Below are positions 1-9,196 of a stretch of 64,000 bases of DNA, piece after piece; the stretch's first letter is position 1; each line of letters starts with the position of its first letter. The DNA comes from Ophelia neglecta (lineage: Eukaryota). The translations under genes and the position numbers were made by a program. The notes beneath the pieces are model-generated. The model was not told the origin of the DNA and ran no database searches. It worked only from the letters and a program-made list of their open reading frames with translations. The stretch lies in NCBI GenBank assembly GCA_965285935.1, contig OZ260663.1, positions 102,238,001 through 102,302,000 on the forward strand. The letters run 5' to 3'.

Positions 1-21
1 ATTATAAGGCCATTATATCAA

Positions 22-115
22 CGTTCGCAGCAATGAGCTTTAGTTATAAAGCGTCATGACGTCGATGTGTTGCTTTAAATGATTACTAGTCTTATATATG
101 ACTTATAAAACTTGA
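22..115 (+). pseudogene. Decayed RI-type LRR pseudo-exon (copy A)
   Basis: With small indels corrected it reads R-S-N-E-L-S-Y-K..V-M-T..V-A-L-(K)-M-I-T-S-L-I-K-L-GA|GTAAG. It has the same phase-2 'CTx GA|GT' end as the intact exon at 29935. It contains an 11-bp duplication (TATGACTTATA), frameshifts and no clear acceptor AG. Confidence 0.45.
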
Positions 116-470
116 GTAAGGACCATACAACTTCGTATGGGTGTTTAGCTGAACTACCTCCTGTTAATTTAGCTGAATAACATTATGGTAACACTTCAAT
201 ATAACAAATATATAAAAAAGCTACCAGGCCGGGACAATTCGAGTCATTACTTTTGTCAGTGAAGTACCCAGTTAAAAATTCTTTAATCTATCAGCGCACT
301 ACACAACTTAATATAAATTTCCGCAATCCTCAAGCCTAAGCAGTGTTATATTATACTTCGGGTTTACTAGTGATGGGCGACAGCAACACTCGGTAGGAAA
401 CCTGCTCCAACTAGTTCTATCTAGATATTTTAAAAGACAGCTTACTCTAACTTACTTCTTTATTTTACAG

Positions 471-546
471 TTTGTGGAGAAATCGCCTGTCAAATGGTAT
501 GAAGAGTCAAATCACGAAGGAGTTCGGTGACCGGGTCCAATTCTGA
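471..546 (+). CDS. Terminal coding exon of an NLRC3-like/RI-type LRR gene, copy A: (x)LWRNRLSNGMKSQITKEFGDRVQF*
   Basis: Pyrimidine tract and TTTTACAG acceptor at 461-470; phase-2 start T|TTG TGG AGA AAT CGC CTG gives the LxxNxL LRR motif; TGA TAA stops; phase-compatible with the 84-bp LRR exon type at 29935. Confidence 0.7.
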
Positions 547-719
547 TAACGAGATGCAAACCAGGTATACATAAAGACTGAGACTGTACAAATGATGTTT
601 GTGATATGAAAGGTATATCCCTTACTTTGAACATAACAGTTCAGTATATCCTTAACTTTGAATATAACAGTTCAGCATGCGTATATAACGATATATACCC
701 TAGGCTGCCGACACTCTCT

Positions 720-2180
720 AATAAAGCGACAATGAAATGATTCTTAGTAATTACAGGCCTGTTCCCATTCTGTCTGTATTCTCTACAGAGAAGCTAATTA
801 ACACAAGACTTAGGGAATATATATTTAATCATGAAAGAGTATATTATCCATAATTTGGCTTCAATAACACTTCAATTAGGAGTTTGATACTGTGAATCAT
901 AAGATTCTTCTCGATAAGCTGTGTAAATATGTTAGACGAGGTGCAGCATTAAGTAAGTGTCAGAGCTATTTATCTTATTGACAGTCATATATTAAATCAT
1001 CAAAAGATGGTTTTAAATTGTGAAGTGTCACAGAGGTTACAACCAGGAACGCTGTTATTTTATTATATGTTAACGACATCACCAATGCCTCAATTGTGTT
1101 TTTTCCACCTTTTTTGCTGGTGATACATGTGCTTTTATTAATGGTAAATAGTATTCAGCTGATACAAACAATGAATGAAGAACAAGCCAAGTTACTGGTA
1201 AAGTTTCATGCAAATAAGCGTTTTATGTTAAGAAAACAAACTTTATCATTATTGTTATGTGTAGGAAGGAACATGTATTAGTTATTAATGTGGTTCTTGC
1301 AGGCATATCTCTCGACAAGTTTAGTAACATTTTAGGCATCATCATCATAGATAAACAGCTAAAATGGTCAGATCATATTCCTATGCTAAGACCAAAAAAC
1401 TCTATGTGTATAGGTGTTTTGTATTAAGCTACAAAAACCCTTATATATATCGACTCTTGTAACCTTATATTAATCTTTCATTTATCCATTGTATTGAAGT
1501 TTAGTGCGCCGCATGTCCCCATCTTCTGTTGCCAAATTTCAAAATGCAAAAACAGGTTGTGAAATTTCTTTATTCTTCTTCATAATATTATCACCTTGTT
1601 TTAGTAACTTAACGTACAACAAGTTAAGAAGAATAAAACTTCTATTCGATGGCCATACTTATGTTTAGATTAAGCATTAACAACTACCCAAGATTGTCAA
1701 TGATTTTTTACTAGAAATAAGGACATTCACATGTATACTAATACAAGGCAGTCCTCGCAAGTCCATGTCCCTATGTCGAAAACGTCGGCATTTTCAAAAT
1801 CAGTAAAATTTAAAGGTGTAATGCTAAGGAATTTATTGTCATTTAGAGTTGAATGTTTTTGTTGTATTTCAAATTATGAGAATAATATAAAGACCTATCT
1901 TTGGTCAGATGCCATTTTACTGCTTCCCCCTCTATGGACAATTGTTTAATGAAGCTAAATCACTAGGCCTATTTGTTTAAATTTTGTTTTAAATAATACT
2001 AATTGAATGTATTTTTGTACCATCTGTACTGCTTTGCACACACTAATGTATGCTATTATTGTATCTAAGATGTGAACTCATCATCATGCCGTAGAGTCCA
2101 GTGCCCTTTGCTTCTGCTATTTCACGTATATTGTCTTGACCTTTAATATGTATATATGTACAAATCAGGAATAAATAAAC
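720..2180 (+). mobile_element. Degenerate CR1-like LINE, 3' portion (RT region plus tail)
   Basis: Broken-frame remnants of NYRP..IL, FDTVNHKILLDKL, LLF..YVND and FA(D)DT; ends in AATAAATAAAC. ORFs 1096 and 1731 are fragments of it. Confidence 0.75.
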
Positions 2181-2633
2181 ACTTTTTGAAATGAAATTAT
2201 TGCAATTATTTTTATAGTTACATTTTGAACATTGAATTAGTCATATTATTCTTGTCACAATCTGCGTACTTTTCGTCCAGCCGATATGAGAGCCATGTTT
2301 AGTATACAATGCCATTCGACTGTGACAACTTTATGTTCTTTAAAGTTCATAGGTCCCTCTTTGATCTTTTAATGAATTGCAAAATCCATGTTATCATGCT
2401 GAGATATATATGTCATATTAATATGTTGAGGGCATTATAAAATTAATTGAACACTCATGACTAGTAATTTCTATACATATGGTTATATAATATATTGAAT
2501 TAAAGTCTGAATATCGTACGCAATGCATTTCTTTGTTGTTATGTACGGGCTAGCTAATGTTCCAATTTTGAACCCTATAGCTAACAAACCGCAGATAACA
2601 AGGGAACTGACGTGCAGCATCCAACATTATGGT

Positions 2634-2983
2634 TGTGGGCGGGTAGATTCCCGCGCTTTCAAGTCCTAATAGACCGAACGCTAGTGTCCTACTAAAACTA
2701 CTTGATTGACCGCTAGGTGCCGCTCACCGCTACCTAGTCGGCACCTTTAAACCAAGTACAATCTCTTTCTCTACTGACCGGCTAAGAGCCAACATCGCTG
2801 GACAACTGCTCTGCCCAGTGGTGTACTATGTAGTACTGAATCCCGTAACAAACTGGATTCTACAACTCTTCTAATCGTTGTCCGCTTGATCATGTATTCG
2901 CATAACCATCGCCATATTAAACATTAAAACCCACGAAAGGAAATTGTCTTCATTCCCAGTAATGAGCAACCAAATCCCCTACA
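2634..2983 (+). repeat. Complete 350-bp LTR (U3-R-U5), + orientation
   Basis: TG...CA termini, TTTAAA box near 2746, two ATTAAA signals near 2915-2928, followed by TAA and a PBS-like sequence. Confidence 0.93.
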
Positions 2984-2986
2984 TAA

Positions 2987-3008
2987 TGGCGCCCGATGTG
3001 GGGCTCGA
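2987..3008 (+). other. 22-nt sequence complementary to the 3' end of tRNA-Lys(CUU)
   Basis: TGGCGCCCGATGTGGGGCTCGA versus the canonical Lys(CUU) complement TGGCGCCCAACGTGGGGCTCGA (20/22). The element's own PBS shares only the first 12 nt. Confidence 0.85.
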
Positions 3009-3304
3009 TTTTAATGTTTAATATGGCGATGGTTATGCGAATACATGATCAAGCGGACAACGATTAGAAGAGTTGTAGAATCCAGTTTGTTACGGGATTC
3101 AGTACTACACAGTACACCACTGGGCAGAGCTGTTGTCCAGCGATGTTGGCTCTTAGCCGGTCAGTAGAGAAAGAGATTGTACTTGGTTTAAAGGTGCCGA
3201 CTAGGTAGCGGTGAGCGGCACCTAGCGGTCAATCAAGTAGTTTTAGTAGGACACTAGCGTTCGGTCTATTAGGACTTGAAAGCGCGGGAATCTACCCGCC
3301 CACA
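3009..3304 (-). repeat. 3' LTR in - orientation (U3-R, lacking the last ~54 bp)
   Basis: Reverse complement of 2634-2929 with 2 mismatches seen; preceded on the - strand by the PPT. Confidence 0.93.
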
Positions 3305-3315
3305 TACTCCCCTGG
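3305..3315 (-). promoter_or_regulatory. Polypurine tract of the Gypsy element
   Basis: - strand CCAGGGGAGTA immediately before the LTR start TGTGGG. Confidence 0.75.
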
Positions 3316-3620
3316 TTAAAATATTTATGTCCTCATAAACTATATGAAGGTATAGCCAGCATTCATGAGGAAGTCTAACCTTAAGATTTTTTTTTTCCGA
3401 CATATATACATATAATGATGATACCAAGTTTAACAATTGTTTTAAAAACACACATTAATAATAAATCGAAAGTAAAGTGCACCCGGGTACGACAAAGGAT
3501 GGACATGATTAATCAATATCGTCAAACCATCATTTATAGTGTGTAGTATTTGAAATACACAGTGCACACATATAATGCAAGTAAGCTTGAAAAAAAAACT
3601 GTACAGATAATTGAGAGAAT

Positions 3621-6600
3621 TTACACGAAAATTTCTCTAACCACAGCCGAACATGGTAAATGATACGGGTTGCTGTGTTTTCCAAAATTCGCACGTGTTG
3701 ACCTTCGGGGTTGAAACAAGTGATTGTTCTCAGGAAATACATGGTCAACTGTTGGCGTTATAGGTTGAACAATTGGGGCTGCCATGTTATCCATGGCCTC
3801 AATAGCCTCAGTTTCATTTCGTGTCTGATTTGGGTCAGACATGAGAGCTCTTGGCTTTAAAGCCTCAAAAGTACTATGGGATTCATTTGGTGGCTTGCCT
3901 TTGGCTACAGTTATCAAATGTTCCGTGTTTGAGGGTTGTTCTGTCTCCGTTGAGATAACTTCCTTTGGGGGGGTGACCTGTAGAGCAAATTCAATTTCGC
4001 TATTACTATCGTGGTCACTTGCCTCAGAATAGACATCCAATTCTCTAGTACTGTCAATGTCCCTTTCATCAATTACAGGGGGTGTTTGTTGATGAGGCGG
4101 AACAGTAGATCGATCGGGGGTATCAGGAATAACATTGGGCATGGGGTTGTCTTGATACCATACTCTAGCATCTAAAATAGCTGACCTAGACACATTTTTG
4201 CCTTCGCCTTCTCCAGAGGCAGGTACAATGGTATACACATTATTACTTGGTTTGGCAACTACAATGAAAGGGGTTTCCAACCATGTATCCTGTATTTTAT
4301 TCCTACCTAAGGGTCTATTTCTAAGAAATTCACGAGCACCAATGGGGATGGGTTTATCGTCAACTCTGTGCTTGGTATTGTGGAGGTTTCTCCGTTGTTG
4401 GGCGTGTTTCTCAATTTCGTGAGACGCATGTTTATATGCTAATTGTAGGGTTTTCTGGTGATCACTGAGCCACTGGTCAACGTCCGCTACACCGTCCCGG
4501 CAATAAGTGGGACCAACACAACCCAGGGCAATGTCTATAGGAAGTATCGGGTCCCTACCAAACATAAGGAAATAAGGTGATAGGCCCGTTGATTTGTGTG
4601 GGGTGGCATTGTACGTATATGTCAGTTCTGGGAGCAAGGTAGGCCATTTACGTTTTTGCTCGACAGGAAGTGATTTCAACAGGTCATGCAAGGTCCTGTT
4701 GTACCTTTCTGTTTGCCCGTTGCCTTCCGGGTGGTATGGCGTAGTGCGGGTCTTTTTGATTCGATACAATTTACAGAGTTCTTGGATAATTTTACCCTCA
4801 AAACTTCGTCCTTGGTCCGAATGAAGACGGACGGGGACGCCGTATTGCTGGAACCATTCTTTGACCAATAGTTTCGCCACAGTGGTAGCTTTTTGGTCTT
4901 TGCATGGAATTGCTTTAGTAAGTTTGGTGAAAACGTCTGTTAAAATCAACACGTTTTCCAGGCCGTTGGACGCCTTATCGATCAAGGTAAAGTCCATGGC
5001 CAAAATCTCTAACGGTTTTGTAGCAATCAAGTTGGAAATGGTGGGTTTTGTGGGATTGGCTTTCGACACTAGACACCTTTGGCACAGTGTACAGTGTTTT
5101 TCCACATCCCTGTACATAGACACCCAAAAACAATGCTGCCTTATGAGTGAAAAAGTGCGTTCTACGCGTTGATGGCCTGCTTGGTCATGGCAGAGGTTTA
5201 ACATGTGGGCACGCAAAGCTCTGGGGATGACAAGCTGCCAAATATCATGACCATTTGACTGGATAAGTCTGTAAAGCAACTTGTTGCTCAGTTTGAGATT
5301 TTCCCATTTGCCACACAGACGCCTAACTTCCCAATTTTCTCTAGAGAGTTGACGACGTGTTGGCTTTTGTTTGTGAGCAAGAAGTGCTAAGACACGGGAG
5401 ATACAAGGGTCATTAATCTGAGAGTTTATTAATTCATCTTGGGAGTAATGACTTGCCCAGCTTAGGGGAGGGGTAGGAGTTTGCAAAGTAGCGCCCAACT
5501 TGATTGTTGAGATGGGGATACGGGTGGTGCCACTTACAGTGTCAATGAGCGAATTCACCCGGTCCGCTTGTATCTCTTTACACTCAAATCCTGGTACTCG
5601 ACCCAATGCATCAGCATTTGCGTTGGCCTTACCAGCTTTATATGATATGTCAAAGTTAAATTGGCCAAGTTGAGCAACCCAACGTGATTCCGTGGCTCCC
5701 AACTTGGCAGTTTTGAGGTACTTCAAGGGGTTATTGTCTGTAAAGACGGAGAAATGGGGACACCCAATGAGATAGTCCCTGAACTTGTCTGTTACAGCCC
5801 ACTTGAGAGCTAATAGCTCCAGTTTCATCGAGCTATAATTTCGGTCGTTTCTTTCCGCTGGTTTAAGTGAGCGGGAGGCGTAAGAAATAACGACTCTACC
5901 ATTATCCTGTTGCTGACTCAACACAGCACCCAGTCCAGAAAAACTTGCATCTGTCTCCACAATAAACGGCTTAGTAAAATCTGGGTAGCCGAGTACCGGG
6001 GAAGAACACAATTTGTCTTTCAAAGAGTCAAAGGCCGCTTGGCAATCACCTGACCATTTGCTCTGGAAGGTAGCGATTTCTGTGATGTTGCTAGTCTGTT
6101 TCCGCCTTTTTTTGGGTGGTGCTTTTCCTAGTAGGGAGTGCAAGGGATGAGAAATTTTGGCAAAACCTTTCACGAAGCGCCTGTAGAACCCGGCTAAACC
6201 GAAAAAACTTCTAAGTTGTTCTTCAGTCCTAGGTGATGGCCAATTTTTGATAACACTGATCTTTTCTGGATCTGGGGAGACACCTTGTTCGGAAACCACG
6301 TGACCTAAATAGTGAACTTCTTGCATAAAGAAACTACACTTCTTCAATTTAAGTTTTAAGTTGTGTTTTCTCAAAATTTCAAATACTACTCTCAGCCTCT
6401 TAAGGTGATCCTCAAAAGTAGCAGAATATACCAAAATGTCGTCCAGAAAAAAAATCAATGTCTCAAAGTTTTGCACATGAAAACAGGCCTCCATAAGCCG
6501 TGAGAATGTTGCCGGGCTATTGGCAAGACCAAATGGCATTCTCAAATATTCATAGAGATTACCCGTCCCAACACGAAATGCAGTTTTGTGGATGTCTTCC

Positions 6601-7961
6601 TCTGCCATGGGTACTTGGTAGTAACCTTGGCTCAAGTCCATCGAGGAGAAGTATTTTGACCCCTTCAATGCATCAAGAACTTCATCGACCCTTGGGAGAG
6701 GAAAGGCGTCCTTCACTGTTTTAGAATTTAACACCCTATAATCTACACATAAGCGGAGGGAGTTATCGTGATTACGAGCGATAACTATTGGTGCCGCGTA
6801 AGGACTACAGCTGGGTCGAATAATCTTTTGATTCACCAAGCCATCCAGATGCTCCTTTACCTCGGAAATCAAATGAGGAGGAATTTTTCTGTGAGGGATT
6901 TTGACTGGCTTGTCATCAACAAGATGAATTTTGTGAGTCACACTGTGAGTTTGAGAGAGTTGTTCACCCTCTTTGGAAAATACATCTTTGTACTCGCTAA
7001 GCAAGTTAATTGCCTCAGTTTTTTGGGCCAAGTCTAGAGAATTGTTGAATTTTACATCCCTCAACCAATCAGGGTATTCTGTTTCTGAAATAATTGTTGA
7101 GTTCACTTCAGAAAAAGTGTTTCTTTTTACCGACACTGCTATAGTCTCATCTTGAACTGTCACATCAACATAATCAGGGTTGGACAATTCAGCGTCAGTA
7201 TACAATGTGCCAAGTACCGAGCGTGCTGGTAACCAAATATCCTGTTCACTAAGGTTTATCACACTGACTCTAGCATTTTGTTTCTCAATACTTGTGAACG
7301 AATCTATAACAAGGATATTTCTTGGCAGACAAGCGTTATTCCCATTTGGCGCTTGTACTAAGCCTTGTATTTTCTTGTCTTTAGGAAAACATTTTGTCCG
7401 GCCATTGACAACTTTCATAGAGTTGGCAGGAATCATTACCGGTGTTGTCCCTACCCGCACCAAACTAGCTCTGTTCCTTGCAGGCAGAAACAATGATGCC
7501 AAGTTTCTCCATGTTGGAGGCAATAGTGACAAATTGGGACATTTACTGGTAATCTGGTTGAAGATATTGCAGCCTATGGTAACATTGACAAGCTGTTGAG
7601 GGCAACCTGTATCATCCTCAATAAAAAAAACCATATCAGAACAATTAACGCCGCCAATTGTGAGATTAAGTGTTGTAATACCCACATACGGAATGCTGAG
7701 ACCATTAGCAGCGGTGAGTTGGAATTTCGCCAAATCAGTATCAACGTGTTCATTCTCAAAATGTTGCTTAAAGTATGACAGTTTTATGAGGGAGACCTGA
7801 GCCCCAGTGTCAAGGAGACACTTACTTTCGATCCCTGCTAAGGTAGCAGTTTCAATTGGACAGTTTCCATATACCTTTCCATTGGTTTCAAGGCCAGAGT
7901 TATCTCCCTCCCATGGGTGGCCTGTGCTATGGGAGGAATCTAGTTTGGGGAGCCATTTGTA
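3621..7961 (-). CDS. pol: Gypsy Pol (PR-RT-RNase H-IN), expressed by -1 frameshift from gag
   Basis: The frame is open from 7961, upstream of the called ORF start, and includes protease LLDTGAQVS. RT LCVDYR, MPFGL and FLDD; RNase H ETDAS and TDNNPL; IN HHCC (CHDQAGH..CTLC) and core LHSDQG..GNGQTER. No stops. Confidence 0.96.
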   Translation of the reverse strand, partial: YKWLPKLDSSHSTGHPWEGDNSGLETNGKVYGNCPIETATLAGIESKCLLDTGAQVSLIKLSYFKQHFENEHVDTDLAKFQLTAANGLSIPYVGITTLNLTIGGVNCSDMVFFIEDDTGCPQQLVNVTIGCNIFNQITSKCPNLSLLPPTWRNLASLFLPARNRASLVRVGTTPVMIPANSMKVVNGRTKCFPKDKKIQGLVQAPNGNNACLPRNILVIDSFTSIEKQNARVSVINLSEQDIWLPARSVLGTLYTDAELSNPDYVDVTVQDETIAVSVKRNTFSEVNSTIISETEYPDWLRDVKFNNSLDLAQKTEAINLLSEYKDVFSKEGEQLSQTHSVTHKIHLVDDKPVKIPHRKIPPHLISEVKEHLDGLVNQKIIRPSCSPYAAPIVIARNHDNSLRLCVDYRVLNSKTVKDAFPLPRVDEVLDALKGSKYFSSMDLSQGYYQVPMAEEDIHKTAFRVGTGNLYEYLRMPFGLANSPATFSRLMEACFHVQNFETLIFFLDDILVYSATFEDHLKRLRVVFEILRKHNLKLKLKKCSFFMQEVHYLGHVVSEQGVSPDPEKISVIKNWPSPRTEEQLRSFFGLAGFYRRFVKGFAKISHPLHSLLGKAPPKKRRKQTSNITEIATFQSKWSGDCQAAFDSLKDKLCSSPVLGYPDFTKPFIVETDASFSGLGAVLSQQQDNGRVVISYASRSLKPAERNDRNYSSMKLELLALKWAVTDKFRDYLIGCPHFSVFTDNNPLKYLKTAKLGATESRWVAQLGQFNFDISYKAGKANANADALGRVPGFECKEIQADRVNSLIDTVSGTTRIPISTIKLGATLQTPTPPLSWASHYSQDELINSQINDPCISRVLALLAHKQKPTRRQLSRENWEVRRLCGKWENLKLSNKLLYRLIQSNGHDIWQLVIPRALRAHMLNLCHDQAGHQRVERTFSLIRQHCFWVSMYRDVEKHCTLCQRCLVSKANPTKPTISNLIATKPLEILAMDFTLIDKASNGLENVLILTDVFTKLTKAIPCKDQKATTVAKLLVKEWFQQYGVPVRLHSDQGRSFEGKIIQELCKLYRIKKTRTTPYHPEGNGQTERYNRTLHDLLKSLPVEQKRKWPTLLPELTYTYNATPHKSTGLSPYFLMFGRDPILPIDIALGCVGPTYCRDGVADVDQWLSDHQKTLQLAYKHASHEIEKHAQQRRNLHNTKHRVDDKPIPIGAREFLRNRPLGRNKIQDTWLETPFIVVAKPSNNVYTIVPASGEGEGKNVSRSAILDARVWYQDNPMPNVIPDTPDRSTVPPHQQTPPVIDERDIDSTRELDVYSEASDHDSNSEIEFALQVTPPKEVISTETEQPSNTEHLITVAKGKPPNESHSTFEALKPRALMSDPNQTRNETEAIEAMDNMAAPIVQPITPTVDHVFPENNHLFQPRRSTRANFGKHSNPYHLPCSAVVREIFV
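7891..7949 (-). promoter_or_regulatory. Programmed -1 ribosomal frameshift signal
   Basis: Slippery heptamer C CCA AAC (7949-7943) directly before the gag TAG; 6-nt spacer; stem CCTCCCAT/ATGGGAGG; loop AGGCCA can pair with downstream TGGCCT. Pol is in the -1 frame. Confidence 0.8.
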
Positions 7962-9196
7962 TCATTAGTGGACTTACTATGGTTTTTCTTGAAGTTTGGT
8001 TCATAGTTTTCCTTCTGGATTCCCCTCTCTGATGGGCAGTCGGGACTTTTGTGGCCCCTTCCCCCACAGTTATGACACACCCATTCCTTTGGGTTAATTG
8101 AAAATGATTTCTTCTTGGGTTTGGTACGGAACTCACTCTTTTGACTTGGTTGAGAAGGATGAGATTCAAAATTTCTCACTAGTTTCTCCATAAGTTGGGT
8201 CTGTGTAGCCAGCTGTTTCTGCTGTTCTTGAAGCAACTGGGCGAGTATAGGGTCAATATTACCGGACACAACAGAGGATTGAACAGATGAGGCTTTGGTT
8301 ACACTAGTGCAGGGTGGTCTATTACAATCAATAGTCCATTTGATAGCCCTATCCCTAAATTCAAAGAATGATAGAAGTGGAAGGTCTTCCTTGAGTTTGC
8401 GCAACTCTCTGCGTATGTGCTCATCTCGAACCCCTTCTGCAAACTTTTCCTTCAGTGCCTGATTCTTCTCAGAGTCAGAAATTTCATTCAATGAATTAAT
8501 TTTATTCATTATCTCCATCAGGGAAATACAATAGGTGTGAAAGGATTCATCTCTATTCTGGTTTCTAGTATAAAAACTGTTCCAAAGTGCCGAAACCGAA
8601 TAGCAATCTCCAAATACTTCCTTAATAACCTTAAGCATTTCAGAGTCAGAAGCAAATGAATCAAATCTGTATTTTATTTCTTGCTTGGCATTTCCTTTCA
8701 AATGCTCCAGAATGAAAGATTTCTTTTCACACATGGTCATGTTTTGGTTATCTAAGTAATACTTGATATCTTGCACCCAGTCAATGACATCAGGGTCATC
8801 ATTTTTGACTGGTCTACCTGGTAATTTGGGAAATTTCTTCTCCCTTGCTACAACAAATGTTCGGGGTAGAGATGCGTGTGAGGGAGGCGGGCTGGGGCCA
8901 ACTGCGTGACTAGTTCCAAGAGGGTTTGAACTAGGAACGTCAGGTGAAGTCGAGACAAATTGAGACTTCGGTTTAACATCCGGATCATTGTTCTGATATG
9001 ATGACAGGCCGATGGGCTTTCTGCCTGTCTCAACCACATGTCTATAATCCTTAAAGGAAGTAGACAATTGTAGAAATTTGTCCTGTAAGTTCAAAAATTC
9101 CTCCATGGAAACAGTTTTACCCTCAACAGGATTCATTTTCATTGGACCCAGGGCCGCCCCTCCCGCAGCATCGTCTCCACCCTCTTCGCTAGACAT
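7940..9196 (-). CDS. gag: Gypsy Gag (PNMA-like capsid plus CCHC zinc knuckle)
   Basis: About 418 aa from ATG 9196; capsid-like region KKFPKLPG..DWVQD..LKGNAK; zinc knuckle CHNCGGRGHKSPDC. Confidence 0.93.
   Translation of the reverse strand: MSSEEGGDDAAGGAALGPMKMNPVEGKTVSMEEFLNLQDKFLQLSTSFKDYRHVVETGRKPIGLSSYQNNDPDVKPKSQFVSTSPDVPSSNPLGTSHAVGPSPPPSHASLPRTFVVAREKKFPKLPGRPVKNDDPDVIDWVQDIKYYLDNQNMTMCEKKSFILEHLKGNAKQEIKYRFDSFASDSEMLKVIKEVFGDCYSVSALWNSFYTRNQNRDESFHTYCISLMEIMNKINSLNEISDSEKNQALKEKFAEGVRDEHIRRELRKLKEDLPLLSFFEFRDRAIKWTIDCNRPPCTSVTKASSVQSSVVSGNIDPILAQLLQEQQKQLATQTQLMEKLVRNFESHPSQPSQKSEFRTKPKKKSFSINPKEWVCHNCGGRGHKSPDCPSERGIQKENYEPNFKKNHSKSTNDTNGSPN

Noticed and set aside
2987-3008. tRNA gene
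   Set aside because: Only a 22-nt complement of the 3' end including CCA; no tRNA body.
3841-7778. Numerous + strand ORFs over pol (also 62474 and 62801)
   Set aside because: Antisense shadows of the long pol frames, with no motifs.
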